Positions 1 through 8,907 of a stretch of 60,067 nt of DNA are shown one piece after another. A program made the translations under genes and the position numbers. The notes under the pieces were generated by a model, which did not search any database, was not told where the DNA came from, and saw only the letters and a program-made list of their open reading frames with translations. Source of the stretch: Oligoflexus sp. (GTDB lineage Bacteria; Bdellovibrionota_B; Oligoflexia; Oligoflexales; Oligoflexaceae); the NCBI GenBank assembly GCA_041736305.1, contig JBGSTX010000002.1, forward strand, positions 1-60,067, written 5' to 3'. Each line of letters starts with the position of its first letter. The stretch's first letter is position 1.

Positions 1-200
1 GCAAGCAGCACTGGCCTAATCCCCTTACTCCTGTTTAACCACTTGCCTTAGAGCCCAGGACTGGTGAAGCATCCGGGGGTAACTATCTGATTCGCTCGTA
101 ACGTAGCTTGAGAGTTGCCTCTCTTGCTCGGGCGGGTCAACGTGAGACATGTTCAGAACCACTCTTCACATGCCTGCCTCTTTAGAGGCGGGTAGTTGAC
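1..200 (-). ncRNA. IscB/IsrB-type omega RNA (HEARO-like) scaffold, truncated at the window start
   Basis: Minus strand from 200 reads GTCAACTACCCGCCTCTAAAGAGGCAGGC...GTTGACCCGCCCGAG...CTACGTT...GATAGTTACCCCCGGATGCTTCACCAGTCCTGGGCTCTAAG...GTTAAACAGG...CAGTGCT. This follows the motif order known for HEARO/IscB omega RNAs: GTCAAC/GTTGAC closing stem, GCCTC-TAAA-GAGGC hairpin, CTACGTT, GGATGCTTCACCAGTCC, GTTAAACA. Confidence 0.88.
1..200 (-). mobile_element. End of an IS200/IS605-superfamily (IscB-type) element; the nuclease ORF is expected left of the window
   Basis: Inferred from the omega RNA scaffold. The boundary is placed at GTCAAC (200) with a subterminal hairpin at 176-189. Confidence 0.65.
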
Positions 201-391
201 CGGGGGCTCCTTGCCAGCAAATTTCATAAGTCTTTCTAACTTTTCTTGACTGGCTGGCCAAGTGAAATTTTAATTATTTAATAAATTTTTTGACGTATTT
301 CAAAATGTCCCATCGAGTAAGTCATAATAACTATATTTTCGGCATAAAGCCCTCCAATAGACGTGGCTGTCCTAGCAAGTCTAGTTTCGCT

Positions 392-1300
392 CTAAAAGCG
401 GTAGCCGGCTCGAGCGACGAGATAGTAGAGCTTGAGCTGTGCGGATATTTCATTACTGACTCGGCCTTCGATAGTCTCTCCACTCAAGAACTCACTGGTA
501 AGATCTGCGTCAGTCGTCGAATCGACTTCGATACTGCCCGTGATAGGAAGCGCAAAGCCAAACCAGTCAGCCCCAAGATAAAAGTCTTTAGCTATGTTCC
601 ATTGGCTACCTAGGAATATATCAGCGACGAATACGGAAGCTGTATAACTCGAACTCATAAAGCCGTCTTTTACGCCGGCTCCTTCCCAACCAAAGTCTCC
701 TGATATTTTAGCGTAAGACATACCAACGCCAAAATAAACCGGATCTAAGCCAATATAGCGAGTTTGAATTTTAAACTGGTCCATCTGGGCACTGAGGATT
801 TCATCGAGCTCGTCGCTGATACTTTGGGTCAAATCTGCCTGGGTGTGAGTGTAGTAAACACCGCCTGTGAGCCAGGACAGAGGACGATAGTTGTACTCGA
901 GTCCTCCTCCGCTTCCCAAATAGCTCAAGATACCTAGTCCCCCTATTTGATGATTCTGCTCCGTATCAATAGTCATCTGCGGACGACTTTCATAGGTGGG
1001 CGCGCTAGGCCTAGGACGGGCAGGGCGCGTAGGTCGAGCAGAAGGCACTGGAACTGGATTGGGATGGTGCTGCCTGTCTGCATTGAAGGACGGCAGTACG
1101 GTTGATGGGCGCGTATTCGAAGGTTTAGTTTTGGTGGCCTGGGCAATCCGTGTCGAGCTGCTCGCTTGCTTGAGAGGAACTCCAGTGTTATCAAGCAAAG
1201 ATATATTTTGACCATGTAGCTCGGGAGCCAAGGCGAAGGTAAAAGCAAAAGCTAAAAAGCTGCCAAGTGCAAGTGGCATGTAAAGCGTGCGGTTGAACAC
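392..1300 (-). CDS. Hypothetical outer-membrane beta-barrel protein with a Pro/Arg-rich N-terminal linker
   Basis: GTG start at 1300 with GGAG RBS (ORF track starts at 1348); signal peptide; amphipathic strands; C-terminal ARAGYRF. Confidence 0.7.
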   Translation of the reverse strand: MFNRTLYMPLALGSFLAFAFTFALAPELHGQNISLLDNTGVPLKQASSSTRIAQATKTKPSNTRPSTVLPSFNADRQHHPNPVPVPSARPTRPARPRPSAPTYESRPQMTIDTEQNHQIGGLGILSYLGSGGGLEYNYRPLSWLTGGVYYTHTQADLTQSISDELDEILSAQMDQFKIQTRYIGLDPVYFGVGMSYAKISGDFGWEGAGVKDGFMSSSYTASVFVADIFLGSQWNIAKDFYLGADWFGFALPITGSIEVDSTTDADLTSEFLSGETIEGRVSNEISAQLKLYYLVARAGYRF

Positions 1301-1384
1301 AGCTTGTCTCCATGGGGATCTTGAGAGATGTCCTCCTAGGATAAGCAAAAACGACCAAGCTCGTAAATCGACAATGGAGAGTGC

Positions 1385-2194
1385 ATGGAAAAAATCACGA
1401 TTGTAGGTTTGGGTAATATGGGGGGCGCCCTAGTTCGAGGGCTGGAGAAATCTCCTTTGAAAGATGCTCTTGCAATCGATGTTTTCGATGTCGATCCGAA
1501 GCGGACAGAAGCCGTCAGTATGGGCGAAAGGGTAAAAGGTCTTCGCTCGCTCATGGAAGTCCAGATCGAAAATAACATCATCATATTTTGCGTGAAGCCG
1601 CAGGATCTGCCGAACATAGCCGAAGTTCTTGGGGGGCGACTGCAAAAGTCCTGTCTAGTCGTCTCGATTCTGGCTGGCAAAAAAACTTCGACCATAGCTA
1701 AAGAGCTGCGCTTTGAGGGTCCAATCGTTCGGGCGATGCCCAATATTGCCGCCATTATCGGTTTCGCGGCAACTGCGATGTGCTCGAATGAGGTCTGCAC
1801 CAACGAACAGAAGCAGCATGCCGAAGCTATTTTTAAGGCGGTTGGTGAAGCCTATTGGACGAAAGAAGTCTTGATGGATGCGGTTACAGGCCTGTCCGGA
1901 AGTGGACCCGCTTACATCTATATGGTCATAGAAGCCTTATCCGACGGCGGGCTTAAGATGGGTATGCCACGTGATCTCGCGCTCAAACTTGCAACACAGA
2001 CTGTGCTTGGTGCGGCTGCGCTCGTGAAGCACAGCGGCCTGCACCCCGCTATTCTCAAAGATCAGGTGACGACTCCGGCCGGGACTACCATTTCTGCTCT
2101 TCATGAGTTGGAGGAGCGAGGGCTCCGCTCGATGTTTGTCAATGCCGTGGAAAAAGCCACCCTCAGATCGATCGAGCTCGGTAAAGCTCCCTGA
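1385..2194 (+). CDS. proC: Pyrroline-5-carboxylate reductase
   Basis: GLGNMG Rossmann motif, VKPQ, RAMPN, SGSGPAY, VTTPAGTT. Confidence 0.97.
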   Translation: MEKITIVGLGNMGGALVRGLEKSPLKDALAIDVFDVDPKRTEAVSMGERVKGLRSLMEVQIENNIIIFCVKPQDLPNIAEVLGGRLQKSCLVVSILAGKKTSTIAKELRFEGPIVRAMPNIAAIIGFAATAMCSNEVCTNEQKQHAEAIFKAVGEAYWTKEVLMDAVTGLSGSGPAYIYMVIEALSDGGLKMGMPRDLALKLATQTVLGAAALVKHSGLHPAILKDQVTTPAGTTISALHELEERGLRSMFVNAVEKATLRSIELGKAP

Positions 2195-2215
2195 TCAGTG
2201 GGCAGCTCAGGACTT

Positions 2216-3145
2216 TTAAAAAGACGTGGAGAGGCTCACATACCACTGTGTCGTGTAGATGTCGAATATGTAAGCTTCGGAGATTCCGCCCGTCTTTTCG
2301 ACCAAATCGCTCTGCGAATAGCCTCCACCTAAGACGAGTTCTTCTAAGATTTGGTAGGACGCGTTGAGGTCGATGGAATAATTCGTGTTGAGGAGAGCAG
2401 CAGAAGTCGCCGTCGAAACTCGATTTCGGTAGCCTAAATCGAAATATTTGATGCGCACGTAGCTGACAGCGGCTGTCGTCGTTAAATCTTCGAGGACAGT
2501 GTAGGCCAGAGTATTGTCAATCGACCAGGAGTACTCCCGGAGAGGGGAACCGCCACTTCCGCCTGGGGTGGTCTTGGTGGTTTTATACCGGCTGATGTTG
2601 TACTGGGCCCCTGCACCGAGCGTGTAGCTCAATCTCTCTTCGAAAAAATTCTGCGTGATACTTACTTCTGCTCGCGGTTTGCTTGTGACTTCTTGGCGTC
2701 GCGAAAACTCCGAAACGGGGAGCGTTAGCGAAAACGAGGCGGCAGTCTGAAATCCGTAGAAGGGTTTATCGAAAGCCCTGCTGACGCCGAGAACTGTATC
2801 TGCGGCCTGGATTTCGTCTTCTTCGGCATAAACGTAGTAGCTCTTGTTCAAGCGCTGGCCGAGACTGAAGTTGTATTTGTTGAAACGCCAAAGACCACTC
2901 AGGTCAATCGCCGTGAAAGGATCTACTTCCTTCCGAAAGCCGAGATAATGAGTGAGACCAAGTCCAAAGCCATAAACTTTTTCATCGGTAGAAGCTTTCT
3001 GCGCCTCCTGCGACAAAGGCTGATTCGCCGTTTGCGGAGACGCTGGAGCAGCCGCCTCGTCGGCCCTGGCTCCTGCTGAGGTCCAGCTGAGGGCAACGAC
3101 TAGCAGCGAACGCGGCGATAAGAGCCTCGAGCGAGAGATGCGCAT
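2216..3145 (-). CDS. Hypothetical outer-membrane beta-barrel protein
   Basis: ATG at 3145 with AGGAG RBS; signal peptide ending ARA; alternating beta-strands; C-terminal WYVSLSTSF. Confidence 0.72.
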   Translation of the reverse strand: MRISRSRLLSPRSLLVVALSWTSAGARADEAAAPASPQTANQPLSQEAQKASTDEKVYGFGLGLTHYLGFRKEVDPFTAIDLSGLWRFNKYNFSLGQRLNKSYYVYAEEDEIQAADTVLGVSRAFDKPFYGFQTAASFSLTLPVSEFSRRQEVTSKPRAEVSITQNFFEERLSYTLGAGAQYNISRYKTTKTTPGGSGGSPLREYSWSIDNTLAYTVLEDLTTTAAVSYVRIKYFDLGYRNRVSTATSAALLNTNYSIDLNASYQILEELVLGGGYSQSDLVEKTGGISEAYIFDIYTTQWYVSLSTSF

Positions 3146-3182
3146 GGGATATTGCTCCTGCTTCTTGCTTTTAGTTGCTATC

Positions 3183-3205
3183 AAAAGGGCCCCTTGCGGA
3201 GCCCT
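3183..3205 (-). terminator. Intrinsic terminator after the metalloprotease gene
   Basis: Minus strand AGGGCTCC-GCAA-GGGGCCCT-TTT. Confidence 0.7.
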
Positions 3206-3217
3206 CTGATTTTGCTT

Positions 3218-6200
3218 TTAGAGGCCTTCCTGGTAGTCAATGCACGGCTGTTCTTTGCCGTATTTGGTCAGGTCGTAGAGGGCCTTCGACTGGGTGATGT
3301 ACTGCTGAGCGACAGTCGAAACGGCACTGTTGCTCCGGAAGAAGTTCTTCACAAACTCGAAGGAGAATCCGGAAGCACTGTCTAGCTCAGGTGCCGCGTA
3401 GTAGTTGGCACCGATTTTGACAATGGCGACTCGGGTAGCTGTGATGCGATCGGCCGCTCCGAAGACACTTGGGTTTTTGACTGGATAGCGAGCCGTTCCA
3501 ACTCTTGCGGAACTCACGCCACCAACCGTCACAAGGCCCGTGTAGAGAGGCTTGAGCTCAAGAGCCGGGATTTGACTGTCGTTTGCGTAGGAGGTGAAGA
3601 TCACATCCGTATTGTCGAAGTAGTAGAAGCGATCTGGATTGATATCGAAGGCCTGCTTAAGTCCCGCCTTAGTAAAGCACTGGATCTGCATGCGTTCGAT
3701 GAAGCCGTTGCTGAGCATCTGAGGATCAGCGGTTGCCGTGTCGACGAAGAGACTGCGGCCAAAGCTTTCGTAACCGCGAACTGCGAGCTCTACACTGTCG
3801 GTAGCCAAGTTCAGCAGCTGACGGCGTACGACGGCTCCGAGTTCGCCCTCGTCGTTCAAGTGGCGAAGGAAGTTCACTGAATCGGCTTGCTGCTGATTGT
3901 CTATAGAGAGATTCTGCGAGCCCCCGAGGCCTACCATCGCGTAGATCTTGTCACGCAGAATGCCGATGCGAACCATCTCGCCGCTGAAGTCATCGACCTC
4001 GTCGGTAATTTGGCGCTCCGTTGCCGTGAACTGAGTAACGCCCGCATAGAAGGCAGCTAGTAGAGTCGAAGCGCGTCTAGCGTCATCGGTAATTTCGCGC
4101 CTGATCCGGATGAACTGATTGGGATCAGCAAACTCATTGTAAGGAGTCATCTGTCCAGTCCAGCTATCGATCTGCTCGTAGAGGGCCAGGAACTTCACAG
4201 GAGTAAGGAGCTTGTTGGCGACGTTTGACTCGTATCCGCTGAGGTCCCAGTAAGGCGACTGATAGGCCGAGTTGCGCATCTTATAGCCGCGGGCGTAGGA
4301 CTTGATCATGCTCATAACGACTTCTGATGGCGTAGAACCCGAGTCGAAGGTGTTGCAGAAAGGATTGGCCCAAGCCCGATGTTCATCAGTGCAGAAGAGG
4401 TACTGACGAGGTTCTTCGCGCTTCTTGAACTCAATCTTACCGTTGCTTGCGACAGGAGCCACATCAGCGAGGTCAATAGCTCCACCGCTATAGGCAAAAG
4501 TCAGTGCGGCTTCATCGTAAGCTTCCCAGTTATGCTCCAGGTGATACTCCTCGACGAGGTCGAGGTAATCCATAACGCTGGATGAAATCGGTTTAGACAT
4601 CAGAGGAACGTCATTGCCTGCCTCATCCTTGACTGTAAGCTGGCGATTGTCCCGATCGACTTGAGGCTTCGCTTCAGGGAAGTTTTGATAGTCGACAGAG
4701 CCGTAGAAATTGTGACGAAGATTCAGGTTATGGCCGAATTCATGAACAGCGACTCGGTACATGATTGTATCGATAGCTTGCTGCTCGGTTTTGCCAGAGG
4801 CTAGCATATCAGGGATCATCGCCAGATACGGATCAACTTCGTGATATGTAGTCGGATTTTGGATCTTCGCCCTGAAGACCCGATTGCGCTGCTCTACTAC
4901 ACCGTAGTTGTTCTCGAAGACTTTAAGTTGATTTTGTACACCTGCCAGCACATTTCTCGTGTCAGCGGGCATACGGAAACCGGTTTTGTCCATGAGGGTA
5001 ACGGCGCGTGAAATACTATCCTGTCCCAGAAATGGGGTCATGGGCTCGGCAGCGAAGTCACTGATGTTGGTAGCACTGAACTGCTCAGAGTATTGCCGCG
5101 TGAAACGTCCAGCAGAAGGATTCGAATAGAGGTTTGCCGCAATGATCTTCTGCAGTTCGGCACGCGCGACGCGTTTGGCTTCAGGGTCGCTTTCGTCGGC
5201 ACCATAATTTGAGCCGCGAGAGTCGAAAGGTCGAGCGGTGGAAAGCCACTCGCTTGCAACGTCAGAATTCGGAGAGAAACCGACTTTGGCATCTTCCAAC
5301 ACCGAACGCATTTTCTGGAAGAGCAAATTCTCGCTCTCGAGGGCGGGCTCGTCATTTTCAAAGTCTTTGATCCGACGGATGTACTCTTTGAGACCAGCGG
5401 TCCAGATTACGGAGTCAGCGCGAAGAATTTCGCCGGTCACCGGATTGACATCGCTGGGGCCGTAACCGAGAGGAGCCTGGTCATCAGTTTTTTCGACGAT
5501 TTTGATAAATGAGTAACGAACGTCGCCGTATTTAGCTTTGGGATCGTCGACGAACTTAACTCGCATCTTAATGCCATTGCGTTCGAAAAGATCGTTGGTC
5601 GCTTTGCCGATACCGAGATCAGGGTGGTTATAGATCCACTTGTATTCAGCGGGGAAGTCTTCGGCGAAGTAGAACGTGTGTTCTTTGTTCGGATCCCAAC
5701 GGTTGACAACGAGAGCGCGTTCGAAGCGTTGACGCTCATCGCTGAACTTGTCGACGACGGTTTCAAAGAAACCGTATTTCGCACGGCGCTTGTCGAATTC
5801 ACTGCTGAGGGTCATCGGCTGATAATCACTCTTCGGCAGAGGCGCAAATGAGTGCTTCACAAAGATAGAGTAGGCCAGGTTGTTAGAATTGAGGCGGCGC
5901 TGAATATTGCTAAAGGAGTTACATACTGCAGTAATCTGGTAGCTCTGCTCTACCATGAATGAGAAGTGTTCACCGCTGACTTCTTGGCTGCCCTCGACCA
6001 GGCGATCGCCAACTTTCTTAAAGCAAGGGTTCTCCCCACCTAGGAAATCAATGGCCTGCGAGGTCCAATTGATTTTGAAGAAGCTCTTGCGATCCCAAGA
6101 GATTTTATTGTTTTCTTCTTCAGTGTTCAGAACTTTACCGTCAGCTTCCGCCAGTCGGTATTCTGAGTGCTCAACTTCCCAAGAATTTATGAGATCAGGG

Positions 6201-6496
6201 TTTAAGCCTTCGCCTTTGTCGGCGTAGGGTGAAACATTACTGTTGAAAAACAGCTTATCCCGGCCGAATTCGAAGCGGCCGATATGCATAGGAGAGGCTG
6301 TGCCCACCATGGCGAAGCCACCTTCGCCGCTGGTCTTAACAACCGTTGCTTTGTACATCCATTTATCATCCGAGAGCAGAGCGCTCTTCGGATAGCGATT
6401 GCCGTCAAAGTCCAGTACCCGTTCCGTCGGTCGCTTCTTTGCGCAGCCGGTGAGGGCCAAAAGCCCTAGGGTCGATGCTAAGATATATTTTTTCAT
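3218..6496 (-). CDS. Large zinc-dependent metalloprotease lipoprotein (metzincin, EcxA-like zinc-binding domain)
   Basis: Lipobox LTGC; LGYGPS..NPVTGEILRAD; HEFGHNLNLRHNF zinc motif; SSVMDY Met-turn. Confidence 0.88.
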   Translation of the reverse strand: MKKYILASTLGLLALTGCAKKRPTERVLDFDGNRYPKSALLSDDKWMYKATVVKTSGEGGFAMVGTASPMHIGRFEFGRDKLFFNSNVSPYADKGEGLNPDLINSWEVEHSEYRLAEADGKVLNTEEENNKISWDRKSFFKINWTSQAIDFLGGENPCFKKVGDRLVEGSQEVSGEHFSFMVEQSYQITAVCNSFSNIQRRLNSNNLAYSIFVKHSFAPLPKSDYQPMTLSSEFDKRRAKYGFFETVVDKFSDERQRFERALVVNRWDPNKEHTFYFAEDFPAEYKWIYNHPDLGIGKATNDLFERNGIKMRVKFVDDPKAKYGDVRYSFIKIVEKTDDQAPLGYGPSDVNPVTGEILRADSVIWTAGLKEYIRRIKDFENDEPALESENLLFQKMRSVLEDAKVGFSPNSDVASEWLSTARPFDSRGSNYGADESDPEAKRVARAELQKIIAANLYSNPSAGRFTRQYSEQFSATNISDFAAEPMTPFLGQDSISRAVTLMDKTGFRMPADTRNVLAGVQNQLKVFENNYGVVEQRNRVFRAKIQNPTTYHEVDPYLAMIPDMLASGKTEQQAIDTIMYRVAVHEFGHNLNLRHNFYGSVDYQNFPEAKPQVDRDNRQLTVKDEAGNDVPLMSKPISSSVMDYLDLVEEYHLEHNWEAYDEAALTFAYSGGAIDLADVAPVASNGKIEFKKREEPRQYLFCTDEHRAWANPFCNTFDSGSTPSEVVMSMIKSYARGYKMRNSAYQSPYWDLSGYESNVANKLLTPVKFLALYEQIDSWTGQMTPYNEFADPNQFIRIRREITDDARRASTLLAAFYAGVTQFTATERQITDEVDDFSGEMVRIGILRDKIYAMVGLGGSQNLSIDNQQQADSVNFLRHLNDEGELGAVVRRQLLNLATDSVELAVRGYESFGRSLFVDTATADPQMLSNGFIERMQIQCFTKAGLKQAFDINPDRFYYFDNTDVIFTSYANDSQIPALELKPLYTGLVTVGGVSSARVGTARYPVKNPSVFGAADRITATRVAIVKIGANYYAAPELDSASGFSFEFVKNFFRSNSAVSTVAQQYITQSKALYDLTKYGKEQPCIDYQEGL

Positions 6497-6520
6497 AAAA
6501 ATACCACCCTTGAGAGCTGT

Positions 6521-8602
6521 TTAATAAAAAGTGAAAGAAGAGAGCGTGTTGTTGTTATCACCTGTAAAATACACAGCTAGATTGGCTTTCGGCAGATAGT
6601 AAACGAGCTTATCAAGGTTGTTCGCTTGTGACTCTAGCGAGGCTACCGGGCAATTTTCCTGATCAACAAAGGCGGCCTGGAACGCGGCGCGAGTCATACC
6701 ATACTTTAATGTTTTGCCGCAGACTTGCAGCTGTCCACGCAAATCCCCAGCTCGAGCCGCATCGACGGTAGCATAGGATGCTACGGAGTTCCTGTCAGCG
6801 AAGGAGAAGGCTGTAATACCGACAACGCAGTACTGATCAGGCGACACAAGAGGCTCGGGTCCACAAGTCGAAGAACGACGGAAATAAACTGCCAGATTAT
6901 TGATGTAGAAGCTCGAGACCGTTAAGTCTTCGGTCGAGATTACACCGTTGGCATTGATTAGCTTTTTGTAAAAGGTCTCGTATGGATTAAACGAGATCTT
7001 GTACTTCTCACCGTTTGAGAAATTTAAGTTCGCTTCATTACGAACATTGTCTAGTTCGCTCAGGACGATAGGACGGTCGATGGCAAACTCACCAAAGGCT
7101 ACGTTTAGATCGGAACTATTGGGAGCACTTTGAGGTAGCTTTTTCAGAAAATTGAGACTCTCTTCAGCTGCCGATTGCGTGCTGTAAGAGACGAATACTG
7201 CGGGTTCTTCAAGTCGATTTGAGATCACCACTTCACGGATCGAGCTATTCAGTTTAAAAAACGTTACGAGGGAATAGGTCGCATTCGTACGCTCGCCATC
7301 GCGGATGGTGAACTTTCTCGTGTCAAAACGATTAGCAATATAGCTCTCCAGGATTTCGCCAGAAGAATCTTTAATAGCCTTGTTCAGCTTGACCTTTACC
7401 GTCTGAAGCTCCGCAAGAAGCTCTTTTTTGCTCAGACCGACTCGATCTTTTCGGAAGAAGTTAAAGGTTTCAGATCCGATTTTCAAAGCACGCTGGCGTT
7501 TTTCTTGATGGAGGTAGTTTTTGTCGAAGTCGATTTCTGTAAGAGGGTCACTAGCTTCGGCGACGGTATAGTTGAGATCATCGAGGCGCTCGGCAGCGTC
7601 CTTGCGGAAGCCGAGACTAATGCCAACAAAGTCTTGGAAGTTGATGCGAGCAGCCGGTAACCAAGCCGCTTCGTCTGCTTCGATGGCTTTGAACTCCGCA
7701 TAGGAGCTGCCTACACCGAGTACCGCCATGTTAGCGTTGAGGAATTTGCCTTCGACTAGATCGAAAGTAGCTTCAGGTGCCGATAGTTCGTTGACAAACT
7801 TGAATTCAGGTTTAGCAAAGAGAGCTTGGACCAGAATATTGTTCTTAGCCGAAATCCAGATTTCGCCCGTCTCTTTACGAGGTGATTCGTATTTCAGAAT
7901 GAAGTAATCGCGTTCCTTCTGGTATTTACAGATTTTTTCAGCGAAGCAATCGAAATCAGCTCCGCCTTCATCGCCTTTGACGAACGTATTGTAGAGGTTC
8001 TTGAAGAAAGTCTTACCGCGTGTCGCATTCGCCTCGTTTTCGATATCTTTAAGATCGGCTGAAGCTTTGAAAAAGCCTTTGAGAACGAAGCTCTCGCCCA
8101 TCCGAATGGCCTGCATTTCGCCTTTTTCGGTTGGTAGCGAAATTTCACCTTCATAAACTCTGGTGATCAGAAGTTCCTTGACGGTAGTTGGGACCGGAAC
8201 TCCCTGAACATTGCGACTGTTCGCAGAGTTAGGAAAGATGCCCGTCTGGAAATTTGCAGCTTTTTGCATTTCTACGAAACGGTTTACCCAAGTGGTATAG
8301 TCTGTCGTTCCGAGCTCAATATCGCCAGCTGACTTGTTCCAGACTACGGGAGCTTTATGCCAATCATTGATGAGGCGCTGCACGTCTGAGGGAGAAAAGC
8401 TCGAGCTTACTTCGGCGACTGAGGTATCGGCCGTTGCTTCCGTGGGTGGGTCTAGAGGTATAGGCGAAACCAGAGCTGCATTTTCCCGCCCTGGATTGGC
8501 TGGGGGATTGTCGCGCCCGTACTGTTTACGGCTGCCGCAGCTTGCAGCAGCGAGGATCACTACTGATCCGACGAGGACATGATGAAGTCGAATTTTGGTC
8601 AT
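6521..8602 (-). CDS. Hypothetical lipoprotein, 693 aa
   Basis: AGGAG RBS; lipobox AASC; long ORF ending 24 bp upstream of the protease gene. Confidence 0.8.
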   Translation of the reverse strand: MTKIRLHHVLVGSVVILAAASCGSRKQYGRDNPPANPGRENAALVSPIPLDPPTEATADTSVAEVSSSFSPSDVQRLINDWHKAPVVWNKSAGDIELGTTDYTTWVNRFVEMQKAANFQTGIFPNSANSRNVQGVPVPTTVKELLITRVYEGEISLPTEKGEMQAIRMGESFVLKGFFKASADLKDIENEANATRGKTFFKNLYNTFVKGDEGGADFDCFAEKICKYQKERDYFILKYESPRKETGEIWISAKNNILVQALFAKPEFKFVNELSAPEATFDLVEGKFLNANMAVLGVGSSYAEFKAIEADEAAWLPAARINFQDFVGISLGFRKDAAERLDDLNYTVAEASDPLTEIDFDKNYLHQEKRQRALKIGSETFNFFRKDRVGLSKKELLAELQTVKVKLNKAIKDSSGEILESYIANRFDTRKFTIRDGERTNATYSLVTFFKLNSSIREVVISNRLEEPAVFVSYSTQSAAEESLNFLKKLPQSAPNSSDLNVAFGEFAIDRPIVLSELDNVRNEANLNFSNGEKYKISFNPYETFYKKLINANGVISTEDLTVSSFYINNLAVYFRRSSTCGPEPLVSPDQYCVVGITAFSFADRNSVASYATVDAARAGDLRGQLQVCGKTLKYGMTRAAFQAAFVDQENCPVASLESQANNLDKLVYYLPKANLAVYFTGDNNNTLSSFTFY

Positions 8603-8907
8603 CGTCTAGCTCCTGTTAGAGTAACAGCCTGGTCAAAGTCTTGATTACGAAGGGCTGCCACAGCCTTAAGTCCGGAATTGGTCGATCAGCCAATGTGTAA
8701 CAGAGACGCCGTGGATTTTCATTAATTTTTTATCTTCTGCTTATTCCGGCTTCTCAAGATGACCAAAAAAATTGTTCTAAGTGACCAAAGAGTCATTGGA
8801 ATTCCGTGAAAGCAGGGGACATTTTGGCAAGACTTCGGAACTTTGGCGCTGTAATTGCGGCTGGTTTTTGAGGTCCAAGTCGGGTATCAGCGCCCGGGGG
8901 ATCTTTT

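Noticed and set aside
290-613. 107-aa + strand ORF near the omega RNA
   Set aside because: TTG start in AT-rich DNA, mostly antisense to the OMP gene, and no IscB or TnpA motifs.
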